From positions 896,001 through 960,000 of the forward strand of contig CAWJET010000002.1 in NCBI GenBank assembly GCA_963842085.1: a stretch of DNA of 64,000 nucleotides. Reading direction: 5' to 3'. A program made the translations under genes and the position numbers. Below, piece by piece: positions 40,281 through 51,801 of this stretch. Within the stretch, counting starts at the first letter, position 1. Every line of letters begins with the position of its first letter. The stretch comes from an uncultured delta proteobacterium. Lineage in GTDB: Bacteria > Desulfobacterota > Binatia > Binatales > Binataceae. The notes under the pieces are model-generated. The model was not told the DNA's origin. It did no database searches and saw nothing but the letters and a program-made list of their open reading frames with translations.

Positions 40281-41492
40281 GTGGCGCCCGACGCTCTTCT
40301 CGACCATTCCGGCTTGTCCGCAGAAGCGGCGCTCGTGCTCTGCTGCGCGACGACTGCGGCGACTCCTGCGCGCACGGCGCTTGCCTCCGAACTTGTCGCG
40401 CGCGTGCGCAGTTGGGATAGCGTCGTCGACATTGCAAAGCGTCACGCGGTGCTGCCGCTGGTGCATCGGTACTTGAACCTCGAATGTCAGACTGCGACTC
40501 CGGACGAGGCGCTGGCGAAGCTGCGAACCCAGTGGCAGTTGATCATCCTCTACGACCGCCATCTCACAGCCGAGCTTGTACGCTTGATGGGCCTGCTGAA
40601 GGCGGCTGGAATTCCCGCGATCACCTTCAAGGGGCCGGTGCTTGCCGCGATGGCATACGGATCGATCGAACTTCGCCAGTTCGTCGATCTGGACATTCTG
40701 GTGCGTCAGACCGATCTGCCCCGGGTCGCCGAAATACTCACCGCCGAACGGTACCTGTCGCCGCATACCAGGCGCGAAGGCCTCGCGACCAGCTACTTCC
40801 AGGAATCCGAGGATGCCTTCTTCAGGCCCGACGGGATGGGCGCAGTGGACGTCCACTGGAAGATCACGCCCCGCTCGTTCCGCTTCGCTCCTGACGAGGA
40901 AACCTTGTGGCGTCGCATGCAAACGGTCGAGCTGGAAGCCGGCACCGTGGCCGCGCTCGCACCCGAGGACCTGCTGCTGTACCTCTGCGTTCACGCTGCC
41001 AAGCATGGATGGGTCACGCTCGAGTGGATCTGCGACGTTGCGGAGACCATTCGCGCACGGCCGCGAATCGATCTGATGGAGATACTCGAGGAAGCGACCG
41101 CGCTCGGCAGCCGCAGGATGTTCCTGACCGGCATCTACCTGGCGCGCGAGCTGGTCGATGCGCCTGTTGCCGACGGGCTTGTCGCGATCGCTCGCGGCGA
41201 CCGCGCCGTCGCGGCCTTGGCAGCGCGCGTCGCGAACCGGCTGTTCAGCGGTGCCGCGCAGGGGCGCGCACATTTCGATCCGTGGGCGGTTCCGCTCCGC
41301 TCAATCGAGGGGGGGCGCGCGCGAATGCATTACATCGTGCGCAGGATGCTGGCGCCAACAATGGGCGACTATGAACTCATCCCGCTGCCGACAGCGCTGT
41401 TCCCGCTCTACTGGGTCATTCGGCCGTTTCGGATGGCGATGCAGTACGGGCCGCGCCTGATCCGCGGCTCGTCGAGCAACTCGAACGCCTGA
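40281..41492 (+). CDS. Nucleotidyltransferase family protein (NTP_transf_5-like)
   Basis: FKGPVLA, RQFVDLDILV, VDVHW, LCVHAAKH, WICDV. Confidence 0.88.
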   Translation: MAPDALLDHSGLSAEAALVLCCATTAATPARTALASELVARVRSWDSVVDIAKRHAVLPLVHRYLNLECQTATPDEALAKLRTQWQLIILYDRHLTAELVRLMGLLKAAGIPAITFKGPVLAAMAYGSIELRQFVDLDILVRQTDLPRVAEILTAERYLSPHTRREGLATSYFQESEDAFFRPDGMGAVDVHWKITPRSFRFAPDEETLWRRMQTVELEAGTVAALAPEDLLLYLCVHAAKHGWVTLEWICDVAETIRARPRIDLMEILEEATALGSRRMFLTGIYLARELVDAPVADGLVAIARGDRAVAALAARVANRLFSGAAQGRAHFDPWAVPLRSIEGGRARMHYIVRRMLAPTMGDYELIPLPTALFPLYWVIRPFRMAMQYGPRLIRGSSSNSNA

Positions 41493-41518
41493 GCGCCGCT
41501 ATTTTCTGGTGGAATAGT

Positions 41519-41594
41519 TGGTGAGCCGGCCGGGACTTGAACCCGGGACCCTGTGATTAAAAGTCACATGCTCTACCGCCTGAGCTACCGGCTC
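41519..41594 (-). tRNA. tRNA-Lys(UUU)
   Basis: 76-nt cloverleaf GAGCCGG...CCGGCTC ACCA; anticodon loop CTTTTAA; GTTCAA T-loop. Confidence 0.96.
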
Positions 41595-41882
41595 GCCCGA
41601 GAGATTCCAATGCTTACAGGTAATTCAAAGCGTTGGAAATAGACACGCGCCCGACAGAACTGTTTGGAGAACTCAGCTCTCACCCGCGTGACTGCTTTCT
41701 CTCCCAAAGTCGCCAATAGGGCGCGGGACGATCGACTGGCGGGGCCACCTGGCTCATCGGGGGCGAGTGGATTTACTGCCGGCGCCAGCCGCTGCAATCT
41801 GTACTTTTTGTAGGCTTCGAGCTTTTCAGTGCCGTCACTGCATTCCCGTGAGGATGAATCAGCAGCAGCGCGCCGGATCCCC

Positions 41883-42275
41883 TCACGGGCGCGAGGCGCT
41901 GCTGAAAAGCGGTGCGAAGGCGTGACGATAATGCCACGCTAGGAACGCCTCGAGCACAGACACCACGGACGCTATTGCAATTTGCATCGGCACCGGCGAG
42001 AGAAACAAATGGAACCCGATGATGTTCACGATCACCGGCGCAAGAATCACCAGCGCAAACGGCACCGCCACGCCCAGCAAAAGCAGCGCCCCCCCGATGA
42101 CCTGGGTCCCGAAGATGAGCGCGAACATGTAGCCGGTCGCGAACAATGCCCCGAAGAATGCGCCCGCGGGAGGGGTCGGCGGAGGATTGGGCATAAAGTG
42201 CAGGAAGCCGTTTAGGCCGAAAACAAAGAACACCAGACCCAAGAGAATGCGAGCGACGGTGACTGCGGTCTTCAT
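41883..42275 (-). CDS. DoxX family membrane protein
   Basis: ARILLGLVFFVFGLNGF, TGY, ILAPVIVNI..FH. Confidence 0.85.
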   Translation of the reverse strand: MKTAVTVARILLGLVFFVFGLNGFLHFMPNPPPTPPAGAFFGALFATGYMFALIFGTQVIGGALLLLGVAVPFALVILAPVIVNIIGFHLFLSPVPMQIAIASVVSVLEAFLAWHYRHAFAPLFSSASRP

Positions 42276-42456
42276 CTTCAGTTCCTCCCCGGTTAGTCAT
42301 AGCAATCGACGGCGCGCTCGACTATCCAGCAGGCAATCATCCTCCTGTTCGCTTGGGCCTAATTTTCCGTCACTCTGTCGTCCGCAAAAAATGCGATGGT
42401 AGAACGCAGATAGAGTTCTCTTTGCTCCAAATAAGAGGCCAAATCTGTGCTCAGTA

Positions 42457-42729
42457 GCTTGACATAGGAGTTATCACTCGATTATATCCAAAACTCTGTC
42501 ACAGAAGAGCTTAGGCGCATCGACGGGTGGCATCCAGACCGATGAAGATGAGGACAGCGAGAAAGGGGTATCATTTGCGACGGATCCCCGTCATGATTAC
42601 GGCCCGCTCGCCACGATGGAAGGCGTGATGGCACAGCGCAAGAGGACTCGCCTTTGCTAGTAGGAGACGATAAAATTTGCGCGCAACGGCTTGACACACG
42701 AGCGACCGCTCGATTATACCCAGAACCCT
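42457..42729 (+). promoter_or_regulatory. Two similar 41-bp sigma-70-like promoter units
   Basis: GCTTGACA-N12-CTCGATTATAYCCARAACYCT at 42457-42497 and 42689-42729. Confidence 0.6.
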
Positions 42730-42797
42730 ACAAACTAGTAGAGCAGATTTATTAACTAACTGTAGGTCGAACAACGGCAGCGGAGAAGGAACCAAAG

Positions 42798-43982
42798 ATG
42801 CCCGTTCATGAGTACTCGGCGAACGCCTCGCCGGTCGCGGCTGCGATGGAAAATCTTTGCGCCCAGCCGGCAGCTGCCGCGTGCGAATGGTTGAGCCTGG
42901 AGCATCTTGCGCATGGGTCGGAACGGGTTGGCGGGATGGTGGTGCGGTCGGCGCAAGTGCGCAAGGTACTGAAAACCATTTCACGCTTGAGTTCGTATAA
43001 GACGACCGTGCTGATTCACGGCGAGTCCGGGACCGGCAAAGAGCTGGTCGCCCGAGCGTTGCACACGCTGGGCTCGGCCGCGGGCGGCCCCTTCGTGACC
43101 TTCAATTGCTCCAACCTGGTCGAGTCGCTGGCCGAATCGCAGCTCTTCGGCCATGTGCGCGGCGCCTTCACCGATGCGCGGGAGGATTCGCTCGGCTATT
43201 TCCGTTCCGCCAATGGCGGAACCCTGTTCCTGGACGAGATCGGAGAGCTCCCGCTGCGACTGCAACCCAAGCTGCTGCGGGCGGTCGAGACTCACGAAAT
43301 TCAGCCAGTCGGTTCGTCGCGTTGCTACTCGGTTGATATTCGGCTGGTTGCAGCGACCAATCGCGACCTGCGCGCGATGGTGAAGGCGGGGCAATTCCGC
43401 GACGACCTCTTTTATCGCCTCAACGCGGCGGCAATCCTGGTTCCACCGCTTCGCGAGCGGCGCGAGGCAATTCCGGCCTTCGTCGCTCATTTTATCGAGC
43501 ACTTTAATCGCCTCTTTGGCAAAGACGTCAAGCTGGTTTCGCGGGCCGCATTAGATGCGCTTTGCGCCAATCAGTGGCCCGGCAATGTCCGCGAGCTCGG
43601 TCACGTAATCGAGAGCGCGGTTCTGATGACCGAAAGCGACCGTATCGGTCTCGAAGATCTGTCTTTCCACCACGAGGATGCGAGCGGTGAAGCGGCCGCC
43701 GTGCCGGTTGACGCGATGCTGCCGAATGGAGCGCTCGACCTGGCCGAGGGCGGGGCCAATGACGCCACCAAGAGCTGGCCCTACTCGCTCGACGCCGTAA
43801 TCCGCGAGGCCTCGAAGCTCGCGCTGATTCGCGCGCTGCAGGCGACCGAGGGCAACTGCCATCGCGCGGCCGAGCTGCTGGGCGTATCGCGCTACACGGT
43901 TTACCGGATGCTGAACCGCTTCGGCCTGGCTGAGGGGCGAACGTACAGGACCTTCCGCAAGCCAACCGTCCGCCGCGCGTAG
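42798..43982 (+). CDS. Sigma-54 enhancer-binding protein without sensory domain (copy 2)
   Basis: Same motifs as 10328-11497 including ESQLFGH and GAFTDA; Fis HTH. Confidence 0.92.
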   Translation: MPVHEYSANASPVAAAMENLCAQPAAAACEWLSLEHLAHGSERVGGMVVRSAQVRKVLKTISRLSSYKTTVLIHGESGTGKELVARALHTLGSAAGGPFVTFNCSNLVESLAESQLFGHVRGAFTDAREDSLGYFRSANGGTLFLDEIGELPLRLQPKLLRAVETHEIQPVGSSRCYSVDIRLVAATNRDLRAMVKAGQFRDDLFYRLNAAAILVPPLRERREAIPAFVAHFIEHFNRLFGKDVKLVSRAALDALCANQWPGNVRELGHVIESAVLMTESDRIGLEDLSFHHEDASGEAAAVPVDAMLPNGALDLAEGGANDATKSWPYSLDAVIREASKLALIRALQATEGNCHRAAELLGVSRYTVYRMLNRFGLAEGRTYRTFRKPTVRRA

Positions 43983-43985
43983 CCT

Positions 43986-44074
43986 CTGTCTCCTCTCCCA
44001 GCGCATGGGAGAGGACGAAGGTGAGGGTCGTTATTCAGCGCGCGACCGGTTCACGCGCGATTCAAGATTCTGCT
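43986..44074 (+). repeat. REP-like palindromic repeat, copy 2
   Basis: Closely similar to 30004-30088; starts just after the bEBP stop codon. Confidence 0.85.
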
Positions 44075-44172
44075 TCTGTCTGCAGCCCGTTGAGCAACCT
44101 GCCATCTGCCGTGTAACCTGTCGCGAGGGTCTTCGCGTCCGGTCTAACGACATCACGGAACCCAACTGAATT

Positions 44173-45135
44173 GTGCCTCGCGCGTCTGTAATCATTCCCG
44201 CCTACAACGCGGCAGCGACCATCGCTGGCACCGTGGACAGCGTCGTCGGGCAGACCCTTCAGGATTTCGAGATCATCTGCGTTGACGACGGATCGACCGA
44301 CCGGACCCGCGCAATTCTCGAAGGTTACGGCGACCGCGTGCGGCTCGTCGAGCAGGCCAACGGCGGGCCGGCGGCGGCGCGCAACAACGGCGCGCGGCAT
44401 TCGTCGGGCGAATACGTCGCCTTTCTCGACGCCGACGATGTGTGGATGCCGCAATTCCTCGAGCGTAGCGTGGCGGCGCTGGACGCTGACCCAGCCCTGT
44501 CGCTCGTGTACTGCAACGCGGCGTTGGCCGATAGCGAGGGTGTCGCGCTGGATACCTCGCTGGTCGGCGACGGCTTTGACCATCCGCCGTCGTTGAACGA
44601 GCTGCTGACGCGCCTGTGGCCGATAATGCCGAGCGCCGCGCTGGTTCGGCGTTCCGCGTACGAGCAGTGCGGCGGCTATCGCGACGAGTTGCGCGGTGCA
44701 AGCTTCCGTTTCGAGGACGTGGATTTCTGGATCAAGATGCGCGAGCAGGGGCCGTTCGGCTATATCGCAGACCCGCTGATCATCTGGCGGTTCGCGTGGT
44801 TTCCGAAACAGCTCAAGCGGCTGCCCGATTACTCGAAAGCGCTGCACGTTTTCGAGGCGTATCTGCAGGAGCGTTACGGCCTTTCCGCGGCGCCGCTCGT
44901 CCAGGCGCGCACGCGTGCGCCGCGGAGTATTCTGGCGACGATTGGGTTGAAGGCGCTGCGCGACGGTGATCGTCCGCGGGCGCGGGCGGCGTTCGCGCGC
45001 GCAATCAGGGTGGATCCCTACCGTCTCAAGAACTACCTGCGCTGGATCAGGACGTGGCTGCCGCACCGATTGGCGCAGGGCCTCTCGGGCGGAAGTTCGC
45101 GGCGCGCTCGATCTGATCGCGCGTATCAGGAATAA
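44173..45135 (+). CDS. Glycosyltransferase family 2
   Basis: SVIIPAYN, VDDGSTD, FLDADD. Confidence 0.92.
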   Translation: MPRASVIIPAYNAAATIAGTVDSVVGQTLQDFEIICVDDGSTDRTRAILEGYGDRVRLVEQANGGPAAARNNGARHSSGEYVAFLDADDVWMPQFLERSVAALDADPALSLVYCNAALADSEGVALDTSLVGDGFDHPPSLNELLTRLWPIMPSAALVRRSAYEQCGGYRDELRGASFRFEDVDFWIKMREQGPFGYIADPLIIWRFAWFPKQLKRLPDYSKALHVFEAYLQERYGLSAAPLVQARTRAPRSILATIGLKALRDGDRPRARAAFARAIRVDPYRLKNYLRWIRTWLPHRLAQGLSGGSSRRARSDRAYQE

Positions 45136-46416
<1,281 letters not shown>

Positions 46417-46420
46417 TGAA

Positions 46421-46496
46421 AGATTCGCAGAACCCTCGACCACCGGCCGCGCTGCGGCCGGCCGCCTCTCCCGTAAAACAAGGCGAGGCAAGAATC
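46421..46496. repeat. Hairpin-rich spacer between convergent genes, possibly a degenerate REP copy
   Basis: CCGGCCGC.GCGGCCGG stem, GCCTCTCCC..GGCGAGGC stem, GATTC/GAATC ends. Confidence 0.4.
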
Positions 46497-46516
46497 GGAA
46501 AGGCGCGTCAAGGAAT

Positions 46517-47434
46517 TCAGGCGCCGCGTGATGCTTTACCGCCGAGCGCGCGGCGGACGGGGGCGGGCAGGAAGGTTCGCGCTATTCGCAGGTAGCTTTT
46601 TGCGTGGCGCGGATCGTACTTCAGCACTCGGATGAAGCATCGCCGCGCGCCCGCCATGTTGCCGCGGCTCATCTCGATCACGCCCGCGTTGGCGATCATC
46701 CGCACGCGATGGCGGATGAAATTCTGCACGAGTCCGTCGGCGCGCGCGCCGTAGCGGGCGCGAATCAGATCGACGATTGCGCCGGGACCGATGTCGCGGT
46801 TCAGCACCTTGGGAAACAGCTGGCCGTAAGTAAAACGAACGAGGCGGTCGGGGCTATAGATGAAATGCCCCTGCTCGCGCATCAGCAGCCAGAAGTGGAT
46901 GTCCTCGGCGCTGATCAGTTGCTCGCAGAAACCACCGGCCCGCTCGAAGGCGTCGCGGCGCATCACGACCGTGCTCGGCGTGATCGGCCAGATGCGCGCG
47001 AGCATCTCGTCCATCGCGGGCGCATGCGCGGTGTCGGGGCCGATTTGCGAGCGGCGCAATTCCTCGCCGGCTTCGTTCACGACGATCATGTCGGAGTAAA
47101 GCAGCACGGCGCCGGGATCCGCGAGCATCGCGGCGACGGACAGTTCGAGCTTTCGCGGGAGCCATTCGTCGTCGTGGTCGATCAGCGCGAGCAATTCGCC
47201 GCGGCTGGCGGCGACGGCGGCGTTGCGCGCCGCGGGCAATCCGCGATTGGCCTGGCGGACGACGCGGATCTTATCGCCGTACTTAGCAAGTACTGAGGGC
47301 GTGTCGTCGGTCGAGCCGTCGTCGCAGATTACGATTTCGTAGTCGGTGAAGGTTTGAGCGAAGACGCTCTCAAGCGCGCGGCCAATCGTCGCGGCGCCGT
47401 TGTAAACCGGGATTATTACGGAGACGCGGAGCAT
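46517..47434 (-). CDS. Glycosyltransferase family 2
   Basis: SVIIPVYN, DDGSTD, DHDD. Confidence 0.92.
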   Translation of the reverse strand: MLRVSVIIPVYNGAATIGRALESVFAQTFTDYEIVICDDGSTDDTPSVLAKYGDKIRVVRQANRGLPAARNAAVAASRGELLALIDHDDEWLPRKLELSVAAMLADPGAVLLYSDMIVVNEAGEELRRSQIGPDTAHAPAMDEMLARIWPITPSTVVMRRDAFERAGGFCEQLISAEDIHFWLLMREQGHFIYSPDRLVRFTYGQLFPKVLNRDIGPGAIVDLIRARYGARADGLVQNFIRHRVRMIANAGVIEMSRGNMAGARRCFIRVLKYDPRHAKSYLRIARTFLPAPVRRALGGKASRGA

Positions 47435-47441
47435 TCGCGGC

Positions 47442-48371
47442 TTAGACGCCGGGGCCGTCCGAGCTCGACGACGCTCGCGCGCCGCGAGCCGTGATGAAGG
47501 TCTTCAGGTACCGGTAGTAGGCCTTGGGCGACGCCGGTTCATAGTGCAGCACTCGCGCGAGGCATCGGCGCGCGTCTTCGGGGCGGCCCTGGTCGATGAG
47601 AACGTGGCCGAGATGGCGCAGCACCTTGACGCGCGAGCGGCGAAAGCCGTCGATGAGCCCGTCGGCGGAGGAGCCGTAGCGCTCGCGCACCAACTCGACG
47701 AACAGATCGCACTCCGGCTCGCGTTCGAGCGCCTTGGGATAGAGCGGGCGCGTTTCCTTGCGCAGCAGAGGTTCGGGAACGCATCGGAAGTGGCCATGCT
47801 CGCGCGCATTCAGCAGGAAGTAGAGGTCCTCGCACGACGTTACGAATCGTTCGTGGAACCCGCCGCACCGCTCGAAGACCCCGCGCCGCACCAGGAACTG
47901 GCTCGGCACGACATTCCACGGCCGCGCGAGCATTTCAGTCATCGTGGGCGACTCGGCGCCGTCGGGCCGGCCGTCTGTCGCGCTCCGGGAGCCCATCGGC
48001 AGCCCCTGGGTGTCGACCTTGAGCGCCCAGGTGTACACGAGCGCGCAATCCAGATCGGCGTCCAGGACGGGGACGCATCGCGCGAGCTTCGCGGGCATCC
48101 ACTCGTCGTCGTCGTCGAGGAATGCGATGTACTCGCCACTGGAGGCGCGCACACCGGCGTTGCGCGCGGCAGAGAGTCCGCGATTGGGCTGAGCGAGGAT
48201 GCGAATTTGATCGCCGTAGCGGGCGAGCACGGCAGGCGTGTCATCGGTCGAGCCGTCGTTGACGGCGATTATTTCGTTGTCGGTGTAAGTCTGGGCAAAG
48301 ACGCTGCGCAGGGCGCGGTCAACGGTAGCCGCGCCGTTGTAGACGGCCAAAATAGTGGAAACTTTCGCCAT
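47442..48371 (-). CDS. Glycosyltransferase family 2
   Basis: VYNG, NDGSTD, FLDDDD; ATG at 48371. Confidence 0.92.
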   Translation of the reverse strand: MAKVSTILAVYNGAATVDRALRSVFAQTYTDNEIIAVNDGSTDDTPAVLARYGDQIRILAQPNRGLSAARNAGVRASSGEYIAFLDDDDEWMPAKLARCVPVLDADLDCALVYTWALKVDTQGLPMGSRSATDGRPDGAESPTMTEMLARPWNVVPSQFLVRRGVFERCGGFHERFVTSCEDLYFLLNAREHGHFRCVPEPLLRKETRPLYPKALEREPECDLFVELVRERYGSSADGLIDGFRRSRVKVLRHLGHVLIDQGRPEDARRCLARVLHYEPASPKAYYRYLKTFITARGARASSSSDGPGV

Positions 48372-48376
48372 CGCGA

Positions 48377-49282
48377 TTATTTTCCTTGAGCGCCTGCGTG
48401 TTGAAGTGCGGGACTTCTCTTGGCTCGCGGACTTTTCCACGCAGAGAGATCGCGTCCGATCATCCGCTCGAGCGCGTCGATTTCGGGGCGCATGAGTTCG
48501 TGCAGGTGCGCTTCGATGGCGGGATCGAGGGGTGGGAACTTTGGCCCGCCGCCGAAAACCAGCTTCCACGCACCCGCCTGTTCGAGAAAGTTGCTGGCGC
48601 CGTAGGCTTGTTTCTCCTCGAGCCAGTACATGAAGTGGCGCGCCTTGCGGGCGACGCGCGGAAACCGGGGCAGATCGTTAATCGAGTTGATCAACTCGCC
48701 CTCGGCAGCAGAGGCCGGCGCGGGATAGCGCTCGATGCCGATGAAATCGCACATGCGGTCGAGGTACGCTTGCGAATCGGCGCGCAAGTCGTCGTTGAGC
48801 AGGACCAGCACGCGGTCGTCGCCGAAACGCGTGCGGTAATCGGGCAGATGCGTCGCGTAGCGCGTCACCTCGATCACCTGGGGGACTTTCACGAGGAACA
48901 CGTCGAGTGGATCGTTCGTCAGCGTGTAATGACGCCAGAGTTTGTAGGCCGAGTAGATGCGCTCGACCGGATTCCGAAACGTGCAGATGATCTTGCACCG
49001 CGGGATATGCAGCGCGATACGCTCGGCAGCCTCGGGGAAACCGAAGTATGGATTGACTTCGCCAATCGGCCGTCCGGGGTCGGCGTCGCGAAAGTGACGC
49101 GCGTACCACTCGATGCCCTTGGAATAGTTGGTGGTGAAGAAATCGGTCTCCTTGATTCCGGCGGGCAGATTGACGCGGCCCTTGAGGACTTCGTGCAGCC
49201 AGGTCGTGCCGGTGCGGCCGGGGCCGACGCCGATGAAGTCGGGCAGCCGCAAATCGCGCGCGGTGTCGCAAGATCCGGTCAT
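48377..49282 (-). CDS. Sulfotransferase
   Basis: 5'-PSB GPGRTGTTWL, KETDFF, 3'-PB RNPVERIYS. Confidence 0.9.
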   Translation of the reverse strand: MTGSCDTARDLRLPDFIGVGPGRTGTTWLHEVLKGRVNLPAGIKETDFFTTNYSKGIEWYARHFRDADPGRPIGEVNPYFGFPEAAERIALHIPRCKIICTFRNPVERIYSAYKLWRHYTLTNDPLDVFLVKVPQVIEVTRYATHLPDYRTRFGDDRVLVLLNDDLRADSQAYLDRMCDFIGIERYPAPASAAEGELINSINDLPRFPRVARKARHFMYWLEEKQAYGASNFLEQAGAWKLVFGGGPKFPPLDPAIEAHLHELMRPEIDALERMIGRDLSAWKSPRAKRSPALQHAGAQGK

Positions 49283-49285
49283 CGA

Positions 49286-50155
49286 TTAGCCAACGGTTGC
49301 ACGACGCGCTTGCGCTCTCTTCCACGCGGAGAGATCGACGCCGAGCAATTCCTCCAGCGCCTCGACTTCGGGCAGGTAGCGCTCGCGCAGGTGCTGTTCC
49401 TGTTCGGGCGTGAGATGGCTAAAGGGTTCGCCGCGTCCATAGCAGAAATCCCACACGCCCGCGCGCTCGAGCAGGTTGCTCACGCCGTATGCCTGATGCT
49501 CGTGCAGCCAGTACATCTTGCGTCTCGCGATCCGGGCGAGCTTGCGGCTTTTGGGAGCGCGCGCAAACGAATGGACATCATCACCGATTTCGGGACGCGC
49601 GGAAAGTGCGATGCGCTCGACGCCGATGAAATCGGTCACGCGATCCAGGTACGACTGCGGCTGCGCGCGCAATTCGTCATACATCGTGACCAGCACGTTC
49701 TCGCGGCCGAACAAGTCGAACCACGTCTTGAGGTGAGATGCGTAGCGATTGCCGCTGCCGAGATTTGGACGCGACTTCAGCACCTCGTCGAACGAGCCGT
49801 GCGCCCACGCGAAATGAACGACCAGCTTGTATGCCGAATAAGCATGATCGACGGGGTCGCGCAGCGTGGTGATGATGCGGCAATTCGGGATGTGAGTCTT
49901 GATGCGATGTGGCGCGAGCGGATGGAAAAAGTACGGACAGATTTCGGCGATTTTGCGATCGCCGGTCGCGTAGCAAAAATGATGCGCGTACCAGTCGATG
50001 CCCTTGTCGTAGAACGTGTTGAAGAACTGCGTCTCCTTGACGCCGTAGGGCAAATCGACGCGCCCTTCGAGCACGCGATGCAGCCACGTGGTCCCCGTGC
50101 GGCCGGGACCAGCGCCGATAATCTCCGGCAGCCGGCGGACCATCGACGGGCTCAT
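49286..50155 (-). CDS. Sulfotransferase (tandem paralog)
   Basis: GPGRTGTTWL, KETQFF, RDPVDHAYS. Confidence 0.9.
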   Translation of the reverse strand: MSPSMVRRLPEIIGAGPGRTGTTWLHRVLEGRVDLPYGVKETQFFNTFYDKGIDWYAHHFCYATGDRKIAEICPYFFHPLAPHRIKTHIPNCRIITTLRDPVDHAYSAYKLVVHFAWAHGSFDEVLKSRPNLGSGNRYASHLKTWFDLFGRENVLVTMYDELRAQPQSYLDRVTDFIGVERIALSARPEIGDDVHSFARAPKSRKLARIARRKMYWLHEHQAYGVSNLLERAGVWDFCYGRGEPFSHLTPEQEQHLRERYLPEVEALEELLGVDLSAWKRAQARRATVG

Positions 50156-50274
50156 CCCAGGGCCACGCGAGGAACGCGGCGCTCGGCTGCCGGCTCGGCG
50201 GCGCGCGGCGGCCCGATTCCGAGAAACTCGGGGAACCTCATCGGAGATATTTCATACGAATCGGGCCTGCAGTG

Positions 50275-51553
50275 CTAGCGGAGGTCAGCCAGGGCATGCT
50301 CCAGGATTGTCATGCCTTCGTCCATCAGCTCGGAAGACACGGTCAGCGGTGCGAGAATCCGGATGACGTTGGCGTAGATGCCGGCGGTCAGCAGGATCAG
50401 GCCACGCTCCGCCGCGCGCACCGCCAGCCGAGCGGCCAGTTCGGGCGCCGGTTCCTTGGTCGCGTGATCTCGCACTAGCTCGATCGCGAGCATCGCGCCG
50501 AGTCCTCGCACGTCACCGATGAACGGGTACTGCTCGCGCGTCGAGGCGCGCGCGAACCAGGGCGCCCTGCTTTTCGGCGCGCGCCAGCAGGTGCTCGTCG
50601 CGAAATACGTCGAGCACGGCGAGCGCCGCGGCGCAGGAAACGGGGCTGCCGGCAAAGGTGCCGCCGAGACCGCCGGGGGCAACGCTGTCCATGATCTCGG
50701 CGCGGCCGATGACACCGGAGAGCGGGAATCCACCGGCCAGGCTCTTGGCGATCGTAATGAGGTCGGGCTCGACGCCGGCGTGCTCGACGGCGAACATCCT
50801 GCCCGTACGTCCGAAGCCGGTCTGAATCTCGTCGGCGATGAAGACAATGCCGTGCCGATCGCACAGCGCGCGCAGTTCGCGCAGAAACTCGAACGGCGCG
50901 ACGTTAAAGCCGCCCTCCCCTTGTACGGGCTCGATGATAATCGCGGCGACGCGCGACGACTCGACCGACGACTTGAAAAGCGACTCGATGGCGGCGAGGC
51001 TCTTCTCCGTGCTACCGCCTCGATAGGCGTCGGGGAACGGCGCGTGAAACGTATCGGCCGGAAATGGGCCAAAGCCGACCTTGTACGGATTCACTTTGCC
51101 GGTCAGCGCCAGCGCCATCAGCGTGCGGCCGTGAAATCCGCCCGTGAACGAAATGATCGCAGGACGGCCGGTCGCGTGACGCGCAATCTTGACGGCGTTC
51201 TCGACCGCCTCGGCGCCAGTGGTCAGAAAGATGGTTTTCTTTTTCGTTGGAGCCGCGATCGGCGCGAGCTGGTTCATCCGCTCGGCGAGCTTGATGTACG
51301 ACTCGTACGGCGTAACGCCGAAGCAGGTGTGGGTGAAGGCCTCGAGCTGAGCCTGCACCGCGGCCATCACGCGCGGGTGGCGATGACCAACGTTGAGCAC
51401 CGCGATTCCGCCGCCGAAGTCGATGTAGCGGCGGCCGTCGACATCCCAGATTTCGGCGCCCGACGCATGATGGGTGAGGATTGGAATCGGCACGCTGACG
51501 CCGCGTGGAATGGCGGCGGCGATGCGCTCGGTTAGCGGTGTTGCGGCACTCAT
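50275..51553 (-). pseudogene. gabT: 4-aminobutyrate aminotransferase, frameshift at ~50535-50545
   Basis: GAEAVENAVK, EPVQGEGG, DEIQTGFGRTG, AKSLAGG; C-terminus (IGDVRGLGAM..IRILAPL) lies in another frame. Confidence 0.85.
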
Positions 51554-51801
51554 AGTTGACTCCCGACAGTCTGGTGTTGCAGAAAGCTGCCTGCTTCCGT
51601 ACCTATCGCGCTACGTTGGGCCTTCCGTTCAAATGAGTGAGTAACAGTTTCGAACACGCCAGCAAATCAGTAATAATTGACCACGACTAATCGGACTGAT
51701 ACTTCGATGGGATCAGGGAACAGGCGGGGATGCGCAGGCGGCCCTGATACGGAGACGCGGGATTCCCGTCGCGACGGTTTCGAACGGATGAAGAATCACA
51801 G

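Noticed and set aside
41519-41594. tRNA-anchored integrative element
   Set aside because: No integrase and no duplicated tRNA 3' end seen in the window
48386-50278. 630-aa plus-strand ORF
   Set aside because: Antisense shadow of two sulfotransferases with no motifs; the same applies to most long overlapping ORFs in this GC-rich window
51700-51800. Possible riboswitch in the CYTH/chrA leader (ATCAGGG/CCCTGAT stem)
   Set aside because: No match to a riboswitch consensus I can recognise; would need an Rfam search
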